Shown here in pieces: positions 1-6,829 of a stretch of DNA of 42,140 nucleotides (the first letter of the stretch is position 1; each line of letters opens with the position of its first letter). This DNA comes from Rhodospirillales bacterium (GTDB lineage Bacteria > Pseudomonadota > Alphaproteobacteria > Rhodospirillales > 2-02-FULL-58-16). Under the pieces are notes generated by a model. The model was given only the letters and a program-made list of their open reading frames with translations. It was not told the origin of the DNA and did not search any database. The position numbers and the translations under genes are program-made. The stretch lies in NCBI GenBank assembly GCA_046756945.1, contig JBHHXI010000003.1, positions 1 to 42,140 on the forward strand, read 5' to 3'.

Positions 1-73
1 TATGCGGGGGGCGCCCCCGCGACCCCCGGCGCGCGGCCGGGGACGGATCGGCGATAACCGGATCGAGAGTCAT
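1..73 (-). CDS. Possible 5' fragment of a gene running off the left edge (MTLDPVIADPSPAARRGSRGRPPH...)
   Basis: ATG at 73 on the minus strand with a GGAG RBS about 7 nt upstream; open to the window edge; too short to assign. Confidence 0.3.
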   Translation of the reverse strand, partial: MTLDPVIADPSPAARRGSRGRPPH

Positions 74-132
74 TTGCGTCTCCAGATGTGTTCCACGGGT
101 TTTCGCGGGTCGTCATTGGGGGGGGCGGCGGT

Positions 133-157
133 GGAAATACAAAATTTTTGAATTTCC
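133..157. promoter_or_regulatory. AT-rich 25-bp palindrome, candidate operator
   Basis: GGAAAT-A-CAAAA-T-TTTTG-A-ATTTCC, one mismatched pair, in a GC-rich intergenic region upstream of the lipoprotein gene. Confidence 0.4.
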
Positions 158-260
158 GGTCCCCGGGCCGACGGTGGACCCTCGGCGCGCCGGTCCCGCC
201 GGACCGGCGCGGCGCATGGTGCCGGCGCAATTGCGGGCCGGCGGAGCGAGGAGATGTGCG

Positions 261-665
261 ATGAAACGGATCGTGGCGATCGGTGCCGCCGCCTGCCTTG
301 TCCTGGCGGGCTGCGCCCAGTTCTACAGGCCCGAGGTGGACCTCAAGGGCGCCGACCGGGCGAAATACGAAGCCGACCTCGCCGAGTGCCGCGACGAGGC
401 CAGCGAAACCCCCGTGGAGGGGGAATCCCCGGCCCCCATTTTCGGCGCTGCGCTTCTCATGGGACTGATCGGCGCCGCGATCGGGGCGGCGAGCATACCC
501 TATGACGGAGGGACCGGTGCCGCCCGCGGCGCCGCCATCTTTGGCGCCCTGGGCGCCGCGCTCGGAGGCGTGTTCGTCGCCTCGAAACAGGCCGAGGCTC
601 AAACGATACGGGCTGGCATCATCGACACCTGCCTGCACGCGCGCGGCTATACGGTCCGCTCGTGA
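261..665 (+). CDS. Glycine-zipper lipoprotein
   Basis: GAGGAG RBS then ATG at 261; lipobox LAGC; YEADLAEC motif, GAAIGAA/GAARGAAIFGALGAALG glycine zipper, C-terminal CLxxRGY. Confidence 0.8.
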   Translation: MKRIVAIGAAACLVLAGCAQFYRPEVDLKGADRAKYEADLAECRDEASETPVEGESPAPIFGAALLMGLIGAAIGAASIPYDGGTGAARGAAIFGALGAALGGVFVASKQAEAQTIRAGIIDTCLHARGYTVRS

Positions 666-1675
666 CGCGAACAAGGGCCCCTGGCGGCGGCGGCGCGGGC
701 GCGGTCAGCTACGTCGTAACCGTTTATAACAAGGCGCCGTATCTGCCTTACGTCATCGCCGGGCTTGCCGCCCAGTCGGGCGACTTCCAACGCGAATACA
801 TTTTCGTCAACGACGGATCTACCGACGACAGCGGCGCGGTGCTCCGCCGGCTGACGGCGGGCTGGTCCGATGTGACCATCATCGACCAGGAGAACCGGGG
901 TCCGGCCCATGCGTCCATCGCCGCGGTCGCGGGCGTCCGGCACGCGTTCATCAAGCCGGTGGGGGGAGACGACGTGCTGACCCCGACGGCCACCAGGGCC
1001 CTGCTCGCCGGCATCAGGGAAACCGGATGCGGCCTCGCCTTCGGACGCAGCGGCCGCTACCGGGCCGGGGCGGGGGGCGATGGGCACGCGCCGTTGGCAC
1101 CCTCGTCGACGGAGACCGGCGCGGTTTCAAAGATCACCGACAGTTTCCGATACTCGGTCCGCAGGCCCCCGTTTTCCCTCGTCACCGCCCTGGCCCGCAC
1201 GGACCTGGTGCGGGCCGCCGGCGGCCTGGACCCGAGGCTGTACATTCTGGATTACGCCATCGCGCTCAGTTTGGCCCGGCGTACGTGCTTCGCCCGTGTC
1301 GACAAGGTCATTTTCTTGGAACCCGAATGCGCGCCCGGCCGCATGTCCGAAAACCAGGCGCAGGAGCAGCACGACACGAACCTGGCCCTGGCGCTGCAGA
1401 TCGCCGATCACCCGGAAATCGCGCCCGCGGATCGCCGCCTGGCCCTGCAGCGGGCCACCAGCCGCGCCTGGCTGTGGGCCCGCCGCCATGGCGGAAAGAC
1501 CGTGTTTTCGGTCGAATCCGCCCGTTACCTGCGGGCCAAGCTCGGCCTCGGGCCGGCGGATGCGGCGGCCATGGGGGCGACCTGCGCGCCCTTTCGGGCA
1601 ACCCATGACATTCGCCTCATGACACCGCTTCCTGAACACCTGAGGCCGGGCCGGATGAACCGGGATCGCGGCTGA
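662..1675 (+). CDS. Glycosyltransferase family 2
   Basis: VSYVVTVYN, FVNDGSTD and QENRG motifs; GTG start overlaps the upstream TGA (GTGA coupling). Confidence 0.85.
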   Translation: MTRTRAPGGGGAGAVSYVVTVYNKAPYLPYVIAGLAAQSGDFQREYIFVNDGSTDDSGAVLRRLTAGWSDVTIIDQENRGPAHASIAAVAGVRHAFIKPVGGDDVLTPTATRALLAGIRETGCGLAFGRSGRYRAGAGGDGHAPLAPSSTETGAVSKITDSFRYSVRRPPFSLVTALARTDLVRAAGGLDPRLYILDYAIALSLARRTCFARVDKVIFLEPECAPGRMSENQAQEQHDTNLALALQIADHPEIAPADRRLALQRATSRAWLWARRHGGKTVFSVESARYLRAKLGLGPADAAAMGATCAPFRATHDIRLMTPLPEHLRPGRMNRDRG

Positions 1676-1724
1676 TGCGGCCGCTGGCGGCGCGGCGGCC
1701 CGCAGACGGGAGGAGAAAGATGCG

Positions 1725-1958
1725 TCAGGCCGATGCCGGGCCCCCGTCGGACATCGTCAACTCCCAGCGTCCCGCCTTCACGTCGTGGCGCAGAATGTAG
1801 ACCGCGCCGTCATCGCCCCGGACCTTGAAGTAGCGGTGGTCGGGCGTCAGCCAGCGGTCGATCACGTCCTTCACCGCAACGGACCTCCCCCCCAGCGAGA
1901 ACTGCCGGGGCGACTCCTCGCCGCGATGACCGGCGTAACACCTGACACGAACACGCAT
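1725..1958 (-). CDS. Small conserved-looking hypothetical protein, 77 aa (DUF6504/ImuB-C-like pattern)
   Basis: MRVRVRCYAGHRGEESPRQF...VIDRW...RYFKVRGDDGAVYILRHD...WEL; globular composition; ATG at 1958. Confidence 0.7.
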   Translation of the reverse strand: MRVRVRCYAGHRGEESPRQFSLGGRSVAVKDVIDRWLTPDHRYFKVRGDDGAVYILRHDVKAGRWELTMSDGGPASA

Positions 1959-2078
1959 AGGCGCCGCGCTCCCGGATTCCCGACCGTTCGTCACCGACGG
2001 CACAAGATTGGCCGATTTGGCCTGGGACCCCAAGTCTCCGGTCAATTATTTTGGGCAGGCGCGCCCTACCCCGGCGCC

Positions 2079-2170
2079 CTACCCCATGTCGAACAGGAGG
2101 ACCTCGGCATCCGGGGTCCCGGCGAAGGTCAACGCCCCTTCATCCGAGACCGCCGCACCGAAATCATCAT
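2079..2170 (-). pseudogene. Pirin (YhhW-like) gene remnant with near-complete internal deletion
   Basis: GGGGAG RBS plus ATG at 2170 reads MMISVRRS (pirin-like N-terminus); another frame reads GAAVSDEGALTFAGTPDAEVLLFDMG* (pirin-like C-terminus, TAG at 2081-2079). Confidence 0.65.
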
Positions 2171-2222
2171 CTGTCTCCCCGGTGGGGGGCGTTCTCAAAA
2201 AGCGCGGGAAGTGGGAAAAGGC

Positions 2223-2298
2223 TGGCGTCCCCAGGGGGACTCGAACCCCCGTTTTCGGCGTGAGAGGCCGATGTCCTAGGCCACTAGACGATGGGGAC
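2223..2298 (-). tRNA. tRNA-Glu, anticodon CUC
   Basis: GTCCCCATCGTCTAGTGGCCTAGGACATCGGCCTCTCACGCCGAAAACGGGGGTTCGAGTCCCCCTGGGGACGCCA: 7-bp acceptor stem, TCGGC/GCCGA anticodon stem, TTCGA T-loop, encoded CCA. Confidence 0.97.
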
Positions 2299-2339
2299 CC
2301 GGCGAAGCCCCTTCCTTTACAGGGAATCCCCGTCGCCGA

Positions 2340-3395
2340 TCAAGTGCCTTGCCGGGCGGGCGCCGCTTCGGCGTGGCGCCGGGCGGCGGCGGCGAAAGCG
2401 TCGACGTCTTCGCCGCGCGTGTTGAACGCGGTGACCAGTCTGAGGAGCGTCGCCCCTTCCCTCTCCCAGCGGTAGAACTGAAATCCGTCGTCGAGCAGGC
2501 CGGCGATCACCGGCTCGGTGAGCGAGACGAAGACCTCGTTCGCCTCGACCGGGTGGCACAGCGCCGCCCCCGGCACGCCTTTCAGGGCCTCGGCCAGGCG
2601 CGCCGCCATGGCGTTGGCGTGGGCGGCGTTCTTCAGCCATAGCCCGTCCGTGAAATACGCCTCGAACTGGACGGCGAGGAAGCGCCCCTTGGACAGCAGG
2701 TGGCCGCCCCGCTTGCGCCGGTAGGCGAACGTCGCGGCCAGGGCGCGGTCGAACAGGACCACCGCCTCGGCGGCGAAGGCGCCGTTCTTGCTCGCCCCCA
2801 GGCTGAGGGCGTCGACGCCGGCGCGCCAGGTGGCGTCCGCCGGCGAACACCCCAGGGCGGCGAGGGCGTTGGCGAAGCGCGCCCCGTCCATGTGCACCTT
2901 GAGGCCGTGGGCGTGGGCGACGCCGGCGATGTCGCGCACCGCGTCGACGGCGTAGACAGTGCCGGCCTCGGTGGACTGGGACAGGCTGACCGCGGCAGGC
3001 TGGACGTGATGCACACCGGGGTCGTGCGCGGCCAGGGCGGCGCCCAGGGTCGCGGCGGCGATCCTGCCGTCGTCGCCCGGCAACGGGACCAGCTTGGCGC
3101 CGCCGCTGTAGAACTCGGGCGCGCCGCACTCGTTGCACTGGATATGGGACCGGGCGTGGCAGAACACGGCGCCGAAGGGCGGCGTCATGACCGAGAGGCT
3201 GAGCGCATTGGCGGCCGTGCCCGTGGCCACCAGGAAGACGTCGGCCTCGGTCTCGAAGACCTCGGCGATCCCGGCCTCGGCGCGGCGGGTGAAATCGTCG
3301 TTGCCGTAGGGCATGGCGGCGCCGTCGTTGGCGGCGGCCAGGGCCGCCAGGATCTCCGGCGCGGCGCCGGTGGTGTTGTCGCTGCAGAAATTCAT
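2340..3395 (-). CDS. ltaE: Low-specificity L-threonine aldolase
   Basis: NFCSDN start, YGND, TGTAANAL, HMDGARFANA, PLP lysine in LGASKNG. Confidence 0.92.
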   Translation of the reverse strand: MNFCSDNTTGAAPEILAALAAANDGAAMPYGNDDFTRRAEAGIAEVFETEADVFLVATGTAANALSLSVMTPPFGAVFCHARSHIQCNECGAPEFYSGGAKLVPLPGDDGRIAAATLGAALAAHDPGVHHVQPAAVSLSQSTEAGTVYAVDAVRDIAGVAHAHGLKVHMDGARFANALAALGCSPADATWRAGVDALSLGASKNGAFAAEAVVLFDRALAATFAYRRKRGGHLLSKGRFLAVQFEAYFTDGLWLKNAAHANAMAARLAEALKGVPGAALCHPVEANEVFVSLTEPVIAGLLDDGFQFYRWEREGATLLRLVTAFNTRGEDVDAFAAAARRHAEAAPARQGT

Positions 3396-3437
3396 GGAGA
3401 ACCCTTCCGCCCTTTTGGGGCGCCGAGGATAGGGCCG

Positions 3438-3866
3438 TCAGCCCGTAACCCGCAACGGGATTTCCCTGAACCGGCCGCGGCCGGCGTCGAAGAGATGGGC
3501 GGTCATGTCGCCGGCGCGGCCGCCGTCGACGGCGACGATGACCCAGACGTGGTCGGGATAGAAGACCGACCGGAGGTCGCGCTCGGACGGCGCCGCCCCG
3601 TGGTCCGGGTGGGAATGGTAGTGGCCGACGATGGATTCGGGTCCGTCGCCGAGCTCCCGCATGAGGTCGAACTGGATCCTGGGATCGACGAGAAAGCTGT
3701 CGCGGGTGTCCCCGTCGGCGACGTTGGGGCTGGCCGCGGCACGGGTGACGAGGCGGTCTCCCGAGGCCTCCGCGCGGCCGACCAGCAGGCCGCAGCACTC
3801 GTCCGGGTAGGCGGCCTCGGCGGCGTCGGCGATGTGCCCGGCCACGGCGCGGGGCAGAAAGATCAC
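3438..3866 (-). CDS. M67/JAB (Mov34/MPN) metallopeptidase
   Basis: YPDECCGLL...GHYHSHPDHGAAPSERD is an intact JAMM motif; GTG start at 3866 overlaps the upstream stop. Confidence 0.9.
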   Translation of the reverse strand: MIFLPRAVAGHIADAAEAAYPDECCGLLVGRAEASGDRLVTRAAASPNVADGDTRDSFLVDPRIQFDLMRELGDGPESIVGHYHSHPDHGAAPSERDLRSVFYPDHVWVIVAVDGGRAGDMTAHLFDAGRGRFREIPLRVTG

Positions 3867-4255
3867 GGGCCCACCGTGATGGTGCCGAGCACCGAGCCGG
3901 TGGCGACGTCGACGACGACGACGCGCTCGCACCGCCCGGCGGGGCCGATGCGCAGGTAGAGGCGGTCGCCCGCGGGGATGACCCGGGCAAGGACGCAGCC
4001 CGCGGGCAGGGGAACGTCGAGGGTGCCGAAGGCCGCCGGCGGCGCGACGGCGGCGGGAGCGGGAGTGATAGCGGGAGCGGGTGCGGGAGCGGGAACGGAG
4101 GCGGGAACGGAGGCGGGAGCCCCGTCCCCGGTCTCGTCGGGGAAGAAGGTAAACCCGGGATCGGCGATCTTCTGGTACAGGCCGTAGGCGAACAGCGTCA
4201 TCCCGATGACGATCAGGAGGGCCATCCCGATAACGAGACCCTTGAGTAGGCGCAT
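3863..4255 (-). CDS. Single-pass membrane hypothetical protein with Pro/Ala linker
   Basis: N-terminal TM (LKGLVIGMALLIVIGMTLFAYGLY), PA-rich linker, small beta-rich C-terminal domain; divergent from rluD. Confidence 0.75.
   Translation of the reverse strand: MRLLKGLVIGMALLIVIGMTLFAYGLYQKIADPGFTFFPDETGDGAPASVPASVPAPAPAPAITPAPAAVAPPAAFGTLDVPLPAGCVLARVIPAGDRLYLRIGPAGRCERVVVVDVATGSVLGTITVGP
4053..4120. repeat. Short coding tandem repeats (GCGGGA units; GCGGGAACGGAG x2)
   Basis: Encode the APASVPASVPAPAPAPA linker of the gene at 3863-4255. Confidence 0.7.
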
Positions 4256-4277
4256 GGTTTCGTTTCAGTCTCTGGCG

Positions 4278-5267
4278 ATGGAGAACCCGGCCACCGCAAC
4301 CTCATATACCGTTCCGGTCCCCGAGCACAAGGCCGGGACGCGGCTGGACACGCTGCTGGCGGACGCCGTGCCGGCGCTCTCGCGCACGCGGCTCAAGGCG
4401 CTGATCCTGGCCGGACTGGTGGTGCGCGCCACGGACGGTGCCGACCCGGTGTGCGACCCCGCCCACCGGGTCCGGGCCGGCGAGCGGTTCGACCTCACCG
4501 TGCCGGCGCCGCGGCCCGCCCGGCCCCGGCCCCAGGCCCTGCCCCTGGACGTGGTCTACGAGGACGACGACCTGATCGTCGTCGACAAACCGGCGGGCCT
4601 GGTGGTCCACCCGGCGCCGGGCCATCCCGACGGCACGCTGGTCAACGCCCTGCTCGCCCATTGCGGCGACAGTCTGTCGGGCATCGGAGGGGTCACCCGG
4701 CCCGGCATCGTGCACCGCCTGGACAAGGATACCAGCGGCCTCATGGTGTCGGCCAAGAACGACGCCGCCCACCGTCATCTGGCCGCCCAGATCGAGGAAC
4801 ACAGCGTAGCGCGTGTCTACCAGGCCGTGGTCTGGGGGGTGCCCGCCCCGCGCCACGGCGAGATCGCCGGCAACATCGGGCGCAGCGCCCGGAACCGCAA
4901 GAAGATGGCGGTGGTTGAGCGGGGCGGCAGGCCGGCCCTGACCCGCTATCGCGTGCTCAAGGTCGTCGGAACCCGGGCCAGCCTGGTCCAGTGCCGGCTG
5001 GGCACCGGACGCACCCATCAGGTTCGCGTCCATATGGCCGGCCTCGGCCATTCCATCGTCGGCGACCCGCTGTATGGCCGTGATGCAAGGAGGCGTCTCA
5101 GGGACGCCCCGGCGGCGGCGCGCCGCGCCGTGGCGGCCTTCGACCGCCAGGCGCTGCACGCCTGCCTGATCGGGTTCCGCCATCCGGGAAGCGGAAAGTG
5201 GCTCCGGTTCAGGAGTGAAATACCGCCTGATATCAATGACCTCGTAGGCTTATTAGAGGCGCTTTAG
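4278..5267 (+). CDS. rluD: 23S rRNA pseudouridine synthase, RluA/RluD family
   Basis: N-terminal S4 domain (RLDTLLA...SRTRLK), KPAGLVVHP, catalytic HRLDKDTSG, TGRTHQVRVH; upstream of rpoH. Confidence 0.93.
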   Translation: MENPATATSYTVPVPEHKAGTRLDTLLADAVPALSRTRLKALILAGLVVRATDGADPVCDPAHRVRAGERFDLTVPAPRPARPRPQALPLDVVYEDDDLIVVDKPAGLVVHPAPGHPDGTLVNALLAHCGDSLSGIGGVTRPGIVHRLDKDTSGLMVSAKNDAAHRHLAAQIEEHSVARVYQAVVWGVPAPRHGEIAGNIGRSARNRKKMAVVERGGRPALTRYRVLKVVGTRASLVQCRLGTGRTHQVRVHMAGLGHSIVGDPLYGRDARRRLRDAPAAARRAVAAFDRQALHACLIGFRHPGSGKWLRFRSEIPPDINDLVGLLEAL

Positions 5268-5393
5268 TTTTTTTCTATACATGACTAAATTGGTTAGGTA
5301 TTGTGGGCGTGCTAACGCGGGCCCGACGTCGTCGCTGGCGCAATCCGATGCTGGCGGGCTTTGGGTGTTTGGAACCGAGGAGAAGAGCACGCC

Positions 5394-6278
5394 ATGGCGT
5401 CCCTTTCGCTCGATCCCGAGATTTCGCCCGAGGGGAACCTGTCCCGGTACCTGCAAAGGATCCGCGCCTTCCCCATGCTGCGCGCCGACGAGGAGTCCCA
5501 GTTGGCCCGGCGTTGGAGCGAGCACAATGACACCGAGGCCGCCGACAAGCTGGTCAACAGCCACCTGCGCCTGGTGGCCAAGATCGCCATGGGCTACCGG
5601 GGATACGGCCTGCCGCTGGGGGAGCTCATTTCGGAAGGCAACGTGGGCATGATGCAGGCGGTCAAGCGGTTCGATCCGGACCGCGGTTTCCGCCTGGCCA
5701 CCTACGCCATGTGGTGGATCCGCGCCGCCATCCAGGAATATATCCTGCATTCGTGGTCGCTGGTGAAGATGGGGACGACGGCGGCGCAGAAGAAATTGTT
5801 TTTCAACCTGCGCAAGCTCAAGGGGCAGATGCAGGCCCTCGAGGACGGCGATCTGCGGCCCGAGCACGTGACCCGGATCGCCCACCGCCTCGGCGTCTCC
5901 GAAACCGACGTCATCACCATGAACCGGCGCCTGGCCTACCCCTGGCATTCCCTGAACGCGCCCATGCGCGAAGAAGGCGAGGGCGAGTGGCAGGACTGGC
6001 TCGTCGACGAGACCCAGGATCAGGAGACGGACCTGGCCGAGAGCCAGGAGCTGGGCGGCCGGCGCAAGCTGTTGGGCCGTGCCATGAAGGTGTTGTCCGA
6101 GCGCGAACGCCACATCCTGGTCGAACGGCGCCTGAAAGACAGCCCGGCGACGCTCCAGGACCTCAGCCGGCACTACGGCATCTCGCGCGAGAGGGTGCGC
6201 CAGATCGAGGTGCGGGCCTTCCAAAAGCTCCAGAAATCCGTGAAAAACGCGCTCATAGAACAGCGCATCACAAGCTGA
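5394..6278 (+). CDS. rpoH: RNA polymerase heat-shock sigma factor sigma-32
   Basis: RpoH box QKKLFFNLR, FDPDRGFRLATYAMWWIRAAIQEYIL, region 4 SRERVRQIE. Confidence 0.96.
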   Translation: MASLSLDPEISPEGNLSRYLQRIRAFPMLRADEESQLARRWSEHNDTEAADKLVNSHLRLVAKIAMGYRGYGLPLGELISEGNVGMMQAVKRFDPDRGFRLATYAMWWIRAAIQEYILHSWSLVKMGTTAAQKKLFFNLRKLKGQMQALEDGDLRPEHVTRIAHRLGVSETDVITMNRRLAYPWHSLNAPMREEGEGEWQDWLVDETQDQETDLAESQELGGRRKLLGRAMKVLSERERHILVERRLKDSPATLQDLSRHYGISRERVRQIEVRAFQKLQKSVKNALIEQRITS

Positions 6279-6313
6279 GCCGCGGCGCGCGGATCCCGGC
6301 CAGGTACCGGCCA

Positions 6314-6814
6314 CTAGGCGCCGGTCTTCGGCTCCGCCGGGGACGCGGTTTCGGCCACGTCCTTGCCCCACTCCTTGAGGATGTGCTTCTGCCGGGCGCG
6401 TAAGGCCGCGACGCGGTGCCTATCCATCGCATGCAGCAAGACCCCGACCACCGGAGGGACGGCCACGAACACCATCCAGCCGCCGGCCGCGGCGCTGTAC
6501 ATCACCATCAACGCGAAGACGTCGGTCAGGATACCCAGGGCGACGTCGATGGAGTGAGTGCCGGCCCACAGGTTCAAGAGGTAGGGAAAAACGCCGGCGA
6601 AGTTCATGGCGCCGACGCAGATCGTCGAGGTCTTGTGTTTCGACGGGTCGATGATGTAGGCGACGATGGCGGGCAGCATTCCGAAGAGAAGCAGTAACAC
6701 GGTCGGCAGCGAGACGATCAGCAGAAGCAGGAAAACGATGATCAGCCAGCCGGCCTTCGCGCCCCTTCCCGATCGGGGCGTTGCCGCTGCTTGTCGGACT
6801 GCCTGTCTTGCCAT
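6314..6814 (-). CDS. Small multi-pass membrane hypothetical protein
   Basis: 3-4 hydrophobic segments (GMLPAIVAYIID, MNFAGVFPYL), C-terminal helix ending LKEWG; starts 15 nt after the kinase-like gene. Confidence 0.8.
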   Translation of the reverse strand: MARQAVRQAAATPRSGRGAKAGWLIIVFLLLLIVSLPTVLLLLFGMLPAIVAYIIDPSKHKTSTICVGAMNFAGVFPYLLNLWAGTHSIDVALGILTDVFALMVMYSAAAGGWMVFVAVPPVVGVLLHAMDRHRVAALRARQKHILKEWGKDVAETASPAEPKTGA

Positions 6815-6829
6815 GGTCGTGGCCCGGCC

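Noticed and set aside
96-130. Words resembling lambda cos (CGGGTTTTCGC, GGGCGGCG)
   Set aside because: Wrong order, short, and no phage genes in the window
2061-2085. Tandem duplication GCGCCCTACCCC x2 at the pirin stop
   Set aside because: Only two copies of 12 bp; likely local slippage, not an array or att site
4053-4120. Short repeats as a possible CRISPR array or contingency locus
   Set aside because: In-frame 6/12-bp units encoding a Pro/Ala linker; no spacers or cas genes
5262-5305. AT-rich stretch between rluD and rpoH
   Set aside because: Probably the rpoH promoter, but no sigma-70, sigma-32 or ECF consensus could be assigned with confidence
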